From contig JBFKOE010000001.1 of NCBI GenBank assembly GCA_041629015.1, positions 1 to 31,226 on the forward strand: 31,226 bases of DNA. The letters are read 5' to 3'. Source of the DNA: Gammaproteobacteria bacterium (lineage in GTDB: Bacteria > Pseudomonadota > Gammaproteobacteria > QQUJ01). The notes beneath the pieces were generated by a model, which saw nothing but the letters and a program-made list of their open reading frames with translations, was not told the origin of the DNA and did no database searches. A program made the position numbers and the translations under genes. Below, piece by piece: positions 22,747-31,226 of the stretch. Each line of letters begins with the position of its first letter. Position 1 is the stretch's first letter.

Positions 22747-24699
22747 ATGGAGAGCGTATACCTGGGCATCGTGCTGTTTCCGCTCGCCGGCGCCATCGTC
22801 GCGGGTTTGTTCGGGCGCTGGATCTCGCGCTCCGTGGCCCATTGGTCGACGATACTGGGCGTCGCCATTTCCTGCGCCCTGTCGTTCCTGGTGCTCAAGG
22901 ACATGGTGATCGACGGCTCGCCGACCTTCAACGGCAATGTCTATACCTGGATGACCAGCGGCGGGTTCGAGTTCCACATCGGTTTTCTGGTTGACCGGCT
23001 CACCGCCCTGATGATCGTCGTCGTCACCTTCGTGTCCCTCATGGTGCATATCTACACCATTGGCTACATGCACGACGACCCTGGCTACAAGCGCTTTTTC
23101 AGTTACATTTCGCTGTTCACCTTCTCGATGCTGATGCTGGTGATGTCCAACAACTTCCTGCAGCTGTTTTTCGGCTGGGAGGCGGTCGGACTGGTGTCGT
23201 ATCTGCTGATCGGGTTCTGGTACACGCGGCCGACGGCCATCTATGCGAATCTCAAGGCCTTCCTGGTGAACCGGGTGGGCGACTTCGGCTTCCTGCTGGG
23301 CATCGGGTGCATCCTGCTGTATTTCGGCACCCTGGACTACGCGGCGGTGTTCGCGACCGCCCCGGAGGTGCAGGGCGAGACCATGCAGGTGCTCGGCAGC
23401 GTGGAATGGTCGGTGCTGACAGTCACCTGCATCCTGCTCTTCATTGGCGCCATGGGCAAATCCGCTCAGGTCCCGCTCCACGTCTGGCTGCCGGATTCCA
23501 TGGAGGGCCCGACGCCAATCTCCGCGCTGATCCACGCAGCGACCATGGTGACTGCCGGCATATTCATGGTGGCCAGGATGTCGCCGCTGTTCGAGCTGTC
23601 CGAGACCGCGCTCAGCGTGGTGCTGGTCATCGGCGCCCTCACGGCCTTTTTCATGGGCTTGCTCGGTGTCGTGCAGAACGACATCAAGCGCGTGGTGGCC
23701 TACTCGACCCTATCGCAGCTGGGCTACATGACCGTGGCCCTGGGCGTGTCGGCATACAGCGCAGCGATCTTCCACCTGATGACGCATGCCTTCTTCAAGG
23801 CGCTGCTGTTCCTGGCGGCTGGCTCCGTGATCATCGCCCTGCACCACGAGCAGGACATCCGCAACATGGGCGGCATTCGCAAGTACATGCCGATCACCTG
23901 GCTGACATCGTTGATCGGCTCGCTGGCCCTGATCGGCTTTCCGTTCTTCGCCGGTTTCTACTCGAAGGACGCCATCATCGAGGCGGTCCACCACTCGAAC
24001 ATCGCTGGGTCGGGGCTCGCCTACGCGGCCGTGCTGACCGGAGTGTTTGTGACCGCGCTCTACAGCTTCCGAATGTATTTCCTCGTTTTCCACGGCAAGG
24101 AGCGCATGGACGAGCACGCTCGTGAGCATCTGCACGAGACCCCCGCGGTGGTCACGGTGCCGCTGGTGATGCTGGCGATCCCCTCGGTGCTCATCGGCTA
24201 TTTCACGGTGACGCCGGTGCTGTTCGGCGACTTCTTCGGCGACGCGATCTTCGTGCTGCCCGAGCACGACGTGATTGGGCAGCTGGCAAGCGATTTCCAC
24301 GGGCCGGCCGCCTTCGCGCTGCACGGCTTCATGACGCCACCGTTCTGGCTTGCAATGAGCGGACTGCTGGTTGCCGGCTTCGTATACCTGAAGCGTCCGC
24401 AGATCGCCGAGTGGGCGGCCACCCGCCTCGGTTGGCTGCACCGGCTGCTGGTCAACAAGTACGGTTTCGACGACTTCAACGAGGCCTTCTTCGCGCGGGG
24501 GGGCAGAGGGATAGGCAAGCTGTTCTGGCGCGCAGGCGACGAAAGGGTGATCGACGGGGTGATCGTCAACGGATCGGCGCGGGCGGTCGAATGGTTTTCG
24601 GGCGTAGTGCGTCGGGTCCAGTCGGGGTACCTCTACCATTATGCCTTCGCGATGATACTGGGCCTGCTGATCCTGCTGACCTGGTTTGTAGTCAGCTGA
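22747..24699 (+). CDS. nuoL: NADH-quinone oxidoreductase subunit L
   Basis: FFGWEAVGL, GKSAQVPLHVWLPDSMEGPTPISALIHAATMV, THAFFKALLFL. Confidence 0.98.
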   Translation: MESVYLGIVLFPLAGAIVAGLFGRWISRSVAHWSTILGVAISCALSFLVLKDMVIDGSPTFNGNVYTWMTSGGFEFHIGFLVDRLTALMIVVVTFVSLMVHIYTIGYMHDDPGYKRFFSYISLFTFSMLMLVMSNNFLQLFFGWEAVGLVSYLLIGFWYTRPTAIYANLKAFLVNRVGDFGFLLGIGCILLYFGTLDYAAVFATAPEVQGETMQVLGSVEWSVLTVTCILLFIGAMGKSAQVPLHVWLPDSMEGPTPISALIHAATMVTAGIFMVARMSPLFELSETALSVVLVIGALTAFFMGLLGVVQNDIKRVVAYSTLSQLGYMTVALGVSAYSAAIFHLMTHAFFKALLFLAAGSVIIALHHEQDIRNMGGIRKYMPITWLTSLIGSLALIGFPFFAGFYSKDAIIEAVHHSNIAGSGLAYAAVLTGVFVTALYSFRMYFLVFHGKERMDEHAREHLHETPAVVTVPLVMLAIPSVLIGYFTVTPVLFGDFFGDAIFVLPEHDVIGQLASDFHGPAAFALHGFMTPPFWLAMSGLLVAGFVYLKRPQIAEWAATRLGWLHRLLVNKYGFDDFNEAFFARGGRGIGKLFWRAGDERVIDGVIVNGSARAVEWFSGVVRRVQSGYLYHYAFAMILGLLILLTWFVVS

Positions 24700-24721
24700 C
24701 CTTCGAGGGAAGTCGCACACC

Positions 24722-26230
24722 ATGTCGGAATTTCCATTACTCAGTCTGGTGATCTGGCTCCCGATCGTCGGCGGTGCCGCGGTGGCGTTCCTGGATCGCA
24801 AGCCCGACCAGGCGCGCATGGCGGCCCTGGTGGTTGCGGCGGCGACCTTCGTGTTCAGCATCCCTCTTTACACCGCGTTCGATATTCAGACCGCGGAGAT
24901 GCAGTTTCAGGAGTTTGCGCCTTGGATTGAGGCCTTTTCCATCAATTACCACCTTGGCATCGACGGCATCGCGATGCCGCTTATCCTGCTGACCACCTTC
25001 AGCACGCTGCTCGTCGTGATCTCGGCGTGGGAAGTGATCCAGGAGCGGGTCAGCCTGTACATGGCGGCGTTCCTGATCATGGAGGGGCTTCTCGTCGGTG
25101 TCTTCTCGGCCATGGACGCGATCCTCTTCTACGTGTTCTGGGAAGGGATGTTGATTCCCATGTTCCTGATCATCGGGATCTGGGGTGGGCCACGCAGGGT
25201 GTATGCGACCATCAAGTTCTTCCTGTATACCTTCCTCGGCTCGGTGTTCATGCTGGTCTCGCTGATTTACATGTATCTGCAGACCGGCAGCTTCGCGATC
25301 GTCGATTTCTACGGTCTTCGACTCGGCCTGACCGAGCAGGTATTGATCTTCATCGCCTTCCTGCTGGCCTTCGGGGTCAAGATCCCGATGTGGCCGGTCC
25401 ATACCTGGCTGCCGGATGCGCACGTCGAGGCGCCGACGGGCGGCTCGGTGATCCTGGCGGCCATCCTGCTGAAGATGGGCGGCTACGGGTTCCTGCGCTT
25501 CAGCATGCCGATCGCGCCCGATGCCAGCAGCACCCTGGACTGGCTGGTGATCGGGCTGTCGTTGATCGCGATCGTCTACATCGGTTTCGTCGCCCTGGTA
25601 CAGCAGGACATGAAGAAACTGATCGCCTACTCGTCGATCGCGCACATGGGTTTCGTCACCTTGGGCTTTTTTATCGCCTACGGCATCGTGGAGCAGGCGG
25701 GCAGCATCGATGCGGTGAAGATGGGCATCGAGGGCGGCATGGTGCAGATGGTGTCGCACGGGTTCATCTCGGGCGCATTGTTCCTCTGTGTCGGCGTCAT
25801 GTATGACCGCCTGCACAGTCGCGAAATCAGCGCCTACGGCGGCGTGGTGAACACCATGCCGGTGTTCGCATCCTTCATGGTGCTGTTCGCGCTGGCCAAC
25901 TCGGGCCTGCCCGGAACCTCCGGGTTCGTCGGGGAGTTCATGGTGATCCTGAGCAGCTTCCAGGCGAATTTCTGGTACGCATTCCTGGCCGCCACCACGC
26001 TGATTCTGGGCGCCGCGTACACTCTTTGGCTGGTGAAGCGCGTGATCTTCGGGGAGGTCAGCAACGAGGGGGTGGCGGGACTGAAGGACATCAATGGCAG
26101 AGAGTTCCTGGTCCTGGGCTCGCTGGCGATCGCGGTCCTCTGGTTGGGGCTGTACCCGAAACCGCTCACCGACGTAATGCACGTTTCGGTCGAGAACCTG
26201 CTGCAGTACGTGGTGACCTCGAAGCTGTAG
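24722..26230 (+). CDS. nuoM: NADH-quinone oxidoreductase subunit M
   Basis: FYVFWEGMLIPMFLIIG, KIPMWPVHTWLPDAHVEAPT, LLKMGGYG, LPGTSGFVGE. Confidence 0.98.
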   Translation: MSEFPLLSLVIWLPIVGGAAVAFLDRKPDQARMAALVVAAATFVFSIPLYTAFDIQTAEMQFQEFAPWIEAFSINYHLGIDGIAMPLILLTTFSTLLVVISAWEVIQERVSLYMAAFLIMEGLLVGVFSAMDAILFYVFWEGMLIPMFLIIGIWGGPRRVYATIKFFLYTFLGSVFMLVSLIYMYLQTGSFAIVDFYGLRLGLTEQVLIFIAFLLAFGVKIPMWPVHTWLPDAHVEAPTGGSVILAAILLKMGGYGFLRFSMPIAPDASSTLDWLVIGLSLIAIVYIGFVALVQQDMKKLIAYSSIAHMGFVTLGFFIAYGIVEQAGSIDAVKMGIEGGMVQMVSHGFISGALFLCVGVMYDRLHSREISAYGGVVNTMPVFASFMVLFALANSGLPGTSGFVGEFMVILSSFQANFWYAFLAATTLILGAAYTLWLVKRVIFGEVSNEGVAGLKDINGREFLVLGSLAIAVLWLGLYPKPLTDVMHVSVENLLQYVVTSKL

Positions 26231-26277
26231 GGCGTGTGGGTGACTGACGAAATAGGCTATTGGACTTGGAATCGGGA

Positions 26278-27717
26278 ATGACCTTCGCAATCCCTGAGTT
26301 TGCCCCGGCGATGCCGGAAATCTTCGTGGTCACCATGGCCTGCCTGGTGCTGGTCCTGGACCTTTTCATGGGCGACGAGGAGCGAACGGCGGCGTATGTG
26401 GCCGCGCAGCTGACCTTGGTCGGGGCGATAGTGATCACGCTGCTCACCTTCAGCGACAGCACGGTCCTGACCTTTAGCGGGACATTCGTGCGCGACCCGA
26501 TGGCAGATGTGCTCAAACTCGCGATACTGGTTGTCACCTTCGGCGCCTTCGTCTACTCGCGCGACTACCTGCGCGAGCGAGATCTCCTGAAGGGCGAGTT
26601 CTTCGTGCTGGCTCTGTTCGGCGTGCTCGGCATGATGATCATGGTCTCGGCGCGCAGCCTGCTGACCGTCTATCTGGGACTCGAGACCCTTTCGCTTTCG
26701 CTCTACGCCATGGTGGCGTTCTCACGGGATGACCGGAACGCGACCGAGGCGGCCATGAAGTACTTCGTGCTGGGCGCGATCGCATCGGGGATGCTCCTGT
26801 ACGGCATGTCGATGCTCTACGGCGCCACGGGCTCGCTGGACATCGGCGTCATCAGCGAGGCGGTCGCGGCGACGCCGGCCGATCGGAGCCTGGTGCTGGT
26901 GTTCGGTCTGGCGTTCATCATCGTCGGGCTGGCGTTCAAGCTTGGGGCCGTGCCGTTTCACATGTGGGTGCCGGACGTTTATCAGGGTGCGCCGACCCCG
27001 GTCACGCTTTACGTCGGCTCGGCGCCGAAGATCGCGGCCTTCGCCATGTTCATGCGGCTGCTGGTCGACGGCCTGGAGGGCCTGCACGCGGACTGGCAGC
27101 AAATGCTGATCATACTGTCGGTGCTGTCGATGGCGATCGGGAACATCGTGGCCATTGCCCAAACCAACATCAAGCGCATGCTGGCGTACTCGACCATTGC
27201 CCATGTCGGGTTCATATTGCTCGGGATCCTCGCGGGTACCGCGGAGGGTTACGCCGCCGCCATGTTCTACACGCTGGTGTATGCGCTTACCGCGGCCTGC
27301 GCCTTCGGAATGGTGATCCTGCTGAGCCGGGCCGGGTTCGAGGCCGACCAGCTGGAGGATTTCAAGGGGCTGGGGCGGCGCAGTCCCTGGTTCGCCTTCG
27401 TCATGCTGCTGGCGATGTTCTCGATGGCCGGGGTGCCGCCGACGGTCGGCTTCTACGCCAAGCTCTCGGTGCTGCGCGCGGTGATCGACGTGGACCTGAC
27501 CTGGCTGGCGGCGGTGGCCGTGGCCTTCTCCGTCATCGGGGCCTTCTACTACCTGAGGGTGGTGAAACTAACTTATTTCGACGAGCTGCTCGACCGCAGC
27601 GAGCTGCGCTACTCCTCGGACATGAATTGGACGCTGAGCGTCAATGGCCTGCTGATCCTCGGCCTGGGTCTGTTCCCCGGGGGGCTGATGGCGCTGTGCC
27701 TCGCGGTCATGGGTTGA
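26278..27717 (+). CDS. nuoN: NADH-quinone oxidoreductase subunit N (TTG 26260 is an alternative start)
   Basis: [58 protein letters not shown]. Confidence 0.97.
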   Translation: MTFAIPEFAPAMPEIFVVTMACLVLVLDLFMGDEERTAAYVAAQLTLVGAIVITLLTFSDSTVLTFSGTFVRDPMADVLKLAILVVTFGAFVYSRDYLRERDLLKGEFFVLALFGVLGMMIMVSARSLLTVYLGLETLSLSLYAMVAFSRDDRNATEAAMKYFVLGAIASGMLLYGMSMLYGATGSLDIGVISEAVAATPADRSLVLVFGLAFIIVGLAFKLGAVPFHMWVPDVYQGAPTPVTLYVGSAPKIAAFAMFMRLLVDGLEGLHADWQQMLIILSVLSMAIGNIVAIAQTNIKRMLAYSTIAHVGFILLGILAGTAEGYAAAMFYTLVYALTAACAFGMVILLSRAGFEADQLEDFKGLGRRSPWFAFVMLLAMFSMAGVPPTVGFYAKLSVLRAVIDVDLTWLAAVAVAFSVIGAFYYLRVVKLTYFDELLDRSELRYSSDMNWTLSVNGLLILGLGLFPGGLMALCLAVMG

Positions 27718-27737
27718 GCGGGGTGCCGCGGGCCGGC

Positions 27738-27766
27738 TTGAACGGGCCAGTCGGAATCGGTAGAAT
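27738..27766 (+). promoter_or_regulatory. sigma70 promoter of tRNA-fMet with GC-rich discriminator
   Basis: TTGAAC (27738-27743), 17 nt, TAGAAT (27761-27766), discriminator CTGCGC. Confidence 0.75.
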
Positions 27767-27782
27767 CTGCGCGATTTTCCGG

Positions 27783-27859
<77 letters not shown>

Positions 27860-27878
27860 AATTCGGTGGTAGGACAGG

Positions 27879-27904
27879 AAACCCCGGCTACGGGGTTTTT
27901 TGTT
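27879..27904 (+). terminator. intrinsic terminator after tRNA-fMet
   Basis: AAACCCCG-GCTA-CGGGGTTT followed by TTTGTT. Confidence 0.8.
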
Positions 27905-27980
27905 GGCCGCTGGGCTGGGTCGGCGGGACGCCGCGGCGCGGGCGGCGCGAATCACGGCGGCTGGTAAACGGGCAGGCCGG

Positions 27981-27989
27981 TGCTAAGCT
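27981..27989 (+). promoter_or_regulatory. candidate extended -10 promoter for rimP-nusA-infB
   Basis: TG-C-TAAGCT between the tRNA terminator and the rimP leader hairpin. Confidence 0.4.
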
Positions 27990-28016
27990 CAGGTTGCCAG
28001 ATCGCGGAGGTATCGG

Positions 28017-28045
28017 AAGGTGGGCCGTCGGCCCACTTTTTGTTT
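28017..28045 (+). terminator. rimP leader terminator/attenuator
   Basis: GTGGGCC-GTC-GGCCCAC stem followed by TTTTTGTTT, 15 nt before the rimP ATG. Matches the GGGC...GCCC hairpin described for the gammaproteobacterial rimP leader. Confidence 0.8.
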
Positions 28046-28059
28046 GTGTTATCAGTAAC

Positions 28060-28515
28060 ATGCGGCGTGCGTCGGAACAGGTGTACCAGTTGCTCGGGCC
28101 GGTGGTGTGCGGGCTCGGGTACGAACTCGTGGGCATCGAATACAGCCCCGGCAGCAAGGCGGGCCTGCTGCGGCTATACATCGATCGTCCGGAGGGTGTG
28201 ACCTTGGACGATTGCCAGCTCGTCAGCCATCAGGTCAGCGGCGTGCTGGACGTCGCCGATCCGATCTCCGGGCGCTATGCCCTTGAGGTGTCGTCCCCGG
28301 GCATGGACCGGCCGCTGTTTGAGCCCGGGCAGTTCGAGCGTTACGCGGGTTCCCAGGTCCGGGTGCGCACTCGAGGCGCAGTACAGGGACGCAAGCGCTT
28401 CAAGGGCAGGCTGGTGGGCTGCGCGGATGGTTGCGTGACGCTCGAAATCGAGGGCGGTGAGGTCCGCGTGCCGCTGGGCGAGATTGAAAGCGCGAGGCTG
28501 ATTCCCGAGTTCTGA
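28060..28515 (+). CDS. rimP: ribosome maturation factor RimP
   Basis: GYELVGIEY, LRLYIDRPEGVTLDDC, LDVADPI, YALEVSSPGMDRPL. Confidence 0.97.
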   Translation: MRRASEQVYQLLGPVVCGLGYELVGIEYSPGSKAGLLRLYIDRPEGVTLDDCQLVSHQVSGVLDVADPISGRYALEVSSPGMDRPLFEPGQFERYAGSQVRVRTRGAVQGRKRFKGRLVGCADGCVTLEIEGGEVRVPLGEIESARLIPEF

Positions 28516-28539
28516 GGCTCGGGCTGGAGGCTGGAAGTG

Positions 28540-30042
28540 ATGAACAAAGAAATTCTGTTGGTGGTCGACGCCGTTTCCAACGAGAAGGGCGTGCAGAAAG
28601 AGGTCATCTTCGAGGCGATCGAGGCGGCCCTCGCCTCGGCGACCCGCAAGAAGCACGGGGGCGAGATTGAGGCCCGGGTAGCAATCGACCGCGAGACCGG
28701 CGATTACGACACCTTTCGCCGCTGGCTGGTTGTCGCCGACGAGACCGAGGAGCTGGAAAACCCGGAGGCCGAGCTGCGCCTGACCGAGGCCCGCAAGGCC
28801 AAGCCCGACCTGGACGTCGACGACTACCTTGAAGAGCCGATGGAGTCGGTCGCATTCGGTCGCATCTCGGCCCAGGCCGCCAAGCAGGTGATCGTGCAAA
28901 AGGTCCGCGAGGCCGAGCGCGCGCAGGTCGTCGACGTCTACCAGGACCGAGTCGGCGAGCTGGTCATGGGGGTAGTCAAGCGGATCGAGCGGGGCGCCGC
29001 GTTTCTCGACCTGGGCGGCAACGCCGAGGCCGTGGTCCTGCGTGACCACATGATCCCGCGCGAGGCCGTGCGCCCGGGCGATCGCTTGCGCGGCTACCTC
29101 TACGATGTGCGCTCCGAGCTGCGCGGGCCGCAGCTGTTCGTGAGCCGCACCATGCCTGAACTCGTGGTGGAGCTCTTCAAGCTCGAGGTTCCCGAGGTGG
29201 GCGAGGGGTTGATCGAGATCGTTGCGGCCGCGCGCGACCCGGGTCTGCGGGCGAAGATCGCGGTGAAGACCAACGATCCGCGCATCGATCCGGTCGGCGC
29301 CTGCGTGGGTATGCGGGGGTCGCGCGTGCAGGCGGTATCCAACGAGCTGGCTGGCGAACGGGTGGACATCATCCCCTGGAACGAGAACCCGGCTCAGTTC
29401 GTGATCAATGCCATGTCGCCCGCGGAAGTGGTTTCGATCGTCGTCGACGAGGAAGCGAACAGCATGGATGTCGCGGTCTCCGACGAGCAGCTCTCCCAGG
29501 CGATCGGACGGGGCGGGCAGAACGTGCGCCTTGCCAGCCAGCTCAGCGGCTGGGAGTTGAACGTCATGAACGAGGAGCAGGCGGAGGAGAAGAGCGAGGC
29601 GGAGGCGGAACGCCTGCAGCAGATGTTAATGGAACAGCTGGATGTGGACGAGGAAGTCGCTGTCATTCTGGTGCAGGAGGGGTTCTCCAGCATCGAGGAG
29701 GTAGCCTACGTCCCGCCTCAGGAGATGCTGGAGATCGAGGAGTTCGACGAGGATATCGTCAACGAGCTGCGCAACCGCGCTCGTGACGTCTTGCTGCTGC
29801 GTGCAATCGCCAAGGAAGAAAAGCTGGACGGCGCCAAGCCGGCCGAGGATCTGCTCACGATGGAGGGCATGGACAAGCCTCTGGCATACCTCCTGGCCAG
29901 CCGCGGCATCGTCAGCATGGAGGACCTGGCCGAGCAGGCGGTTGACGACCTTCTGGAGGTCGAGGGCATGGACGCAGAGCGCGCGGCGGCGCTGATCATG
30001 ACCGCGCGTGCGCCGTGGTTTGCCGAAGAGCAACAAGGCTGA
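28540..30042 (+). CDS. nusA: transcription termination/antitermination factor NusA
   Basis: [70 protein letters not shown]-terminal AR domains. Confidence 0.99.
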   Translation: MNKEILLVVDAVSNEKGVQKEVIFEAIEAALASATRKKHGGEIEARVAIDRETGDYDTFRRWLVVADETEELENPEAELRLTEARKAKPDLDVDDYLEEPMESVAFGRISAQAAKQVIVQKVREAERAQVVDVYQDRVGELVMGVVKRIERGAAFLDLGGNAEAVVLRDHMIPREAVRPGDRLRGYLYDVRSELRGPQLFVSRTMPELVVELFKLEVPEVGEGLIEIVAAARDPGLRAKIAVKTNDPRIDPVGACVGMRGSRVQAVSNELAGERVDIIPWNENPAQFVINAMSPAEVVSIVVDEEANSMDVAVSDEQLSQAIGRGGQNVRLASQLSGWELNVMNEEQAEEKSEAEAERLQQMLMEQLDVDEEVAVILVQEGFSSIEEVAYVPPQEMLEIEEFDEDIVNELRNRARDVLLLRAIAKEEKLDGAKPAEDLLTMEGMDKPLAYLLASRGIVSMEDLAEQAVDDLLEVEGMDAERAAALIMTARAPWFAEEQQG

Positions 30043-30063
30043 CGGGATTTCGAGGGTGCAGAC

Positions 30064-31226
30064 ATGACCGAGCTGACTGTCAAGCAACTGGCCGAAGTCG
30101 TGGGAATTTCGGTCGAACGTTTACTCGGGCAACTGGAGGAGGCGGGGCTCAGCGTTTCCGGTGCCGAGGAGATGATCAGCGAACAGCAGAAACTCGATCT
30201 GCTCACCCACCTGCGGCGTAGCCATGGTAAGGAATCGGCGCCGTCGCTGGCGGAGCCGAAGAAGATCACCCTGAAGCGCAAGTCAGTGAGCGAGCTGCGG
30301 CAGCTCGGTGATCGCGGCCGAGTGGGCAAGACGGTGAGCGTCGAGGTGCGCCGCAAGAAGACATACGTCAAGCGCAGCGTCGTGCTCGACGAGGAGCGCA
30401 AGCGGGTCGAGTCCGAGGCCGCGCGCATTGCCGAGGCGGAAGAGGAACGCATGGCCGCCCAGCGCGAGCAGGAGAAGGCGCGGGAAGAGGCCGCGCGGAA
30501 ACGATCCGAGGAAGAGGAGACCAAGCGCAAGGCCGAGGAGGAGGAGGCCAGGAAGAAGGCCGAGGAGGAGGAAGCGAAGCGCGTCGCTGAGGAACAGGCG
30601 CGGCTGCAGGCGGCGGAGGAGTCGCGGCGCAAGGCAGCGCCCGAACCGCGTTCGACCGCCGATCATCGTGGCCGGGCGAAGCGCGAGCGCGAGGAGCGTG
30701 ACACGCGCACCCGCTATGGACGCGAGGAGCTGCACGTGGCCGAGGCCATGAGCGGTCGGCGCAAGAAGAAGACGCGCACGCGCACCGTTACCGTCGCCCC
30801 CTCCCAGAAGCATGGATTCGAGCGACCGACCGCCCCGGTCGTGCGCGAGGTGCCGATCTCCGAGACCATCACCGTTGCGGAACTCGCGCAGAAAATGGCC
30901 GTCAAGGCGCCCGAGCTCATCAAGGTGATGATGAAGATGGGCGTGATGGCGACCATCAATCAGGTCATCGATCAGGACACCGCGGTCCTGATCGTCGAGG
31001 AGCTGGGCCACAAGGCACGCTTGACGCAGGAGAGTTCGGTCGAGGACGAGCTGGTGCGCGCGCCTGTCGAGGGGCTCGAGGAGGCGCCGCGCTCGCCGGT
31101 GGTCACCATCATGGGACACGTCGATCACGGCAAGACCTCGTTGCTCGATCATATTCGGCGAACCCGCGTGGCGGCCGGCGAGGCGGGTGGCATCACCCAG
31201 CACATCGGAGCCTACCGGGTGGAAAC
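30064..31226 (+). CDS. infB: translation initiation factor IF-2, 5' part (runs off the window; absent from the ORF track)
   Basis: ATG 30064 after GAGGG; [47 protein letters not shown], in-frame G1 motif [13 protein letters not shown] and [10 protein letters not shown]. Confidence 0.98.
   Translation, partial: MTELTVKQLAEVVGISVERLLGQLEEAGLSVSGAEEMISEQQKLDLLTHLRRSHGKESAPSLAEPKKITLKRKSVSELRQLGDRGRVGKTVSVEVRRKKTYVKRSVVLDEERKRVESEAARIAEAEEERMAAQREQEKAREEAARKRSEEEETKRKAEEEEARKKAEEEEAKRVAEEQARLQAAEESRRKAAPEPRSTADHRGRAKREREERDTRTRYGREELHVAEAMSGRRKKKTRTRTVTVAPSQKHGFERPTAPVVREVPISETITVAELAQKMAVKAPELIKVMMKMGVMATINQVIDQDTAVLIVEELGHKARLTQESSVEDELVRAPVEGLEEAPRSPVVTIMGHVDHGKTSLLDHIRRTRVAAGEAGGITQHIGAYRVE
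30502..30582 (+). repeat. 27-nt (9-aa) degenerate tandem repeat inside infB
   Basis: RSEEEETKR / KAEEEEARK / KAEEEEAKR, part of the charged IF2 N-terminal linker. Confidence 0.6.

Noticed and set aside
30502-30582. 27-nt tandem repeat as a CRISPR or VNTR system
   Set aside because: No spacers. It is the in-frame charged KAEEEE linker typical of IF2.

Overview
GC-rich, gene-dense core-genome region of a non-enteric Gammaproteobacterium (Chromatiales/Xanthomonadales-like architecture; the taxon is inferred). Gene order: dnaJ(3' end)-dapB-carA-carB-greA, yhbY on the minus strand, a small unannotated two-TM ORF, rlmE-ftsH-folP-glmM-tpiA-secG-tRNA-Leu(GAG), a complete 14-gene nuoA-N complex I operon with unfused nuoC/nuoD, tRNA-fMet, then rimP-nusA-infB(5' part). 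I found no mobile element, CRISPR array, defence system or accessory island, and I cannot support a new multi-gene system here. The best leads are small-scale. (1) A duplicated 10-nt nuoA/nuoB overlap junction encloses a 43-codon possible relay ORF. (2) An unnamed two-TM protein is coupled to rlmE-ftsH. (3) The carA and tRNA-fMet promoters share an identical TAGAAT-N6-GATTTTC start signature, reminiscent of UTP-sensing reiterative transcription. (4) Mutually exclusive stem sets occur in the carA leader, the carA/carB junction and the ftsH leader. All structures were paired by eye, not by folding software.
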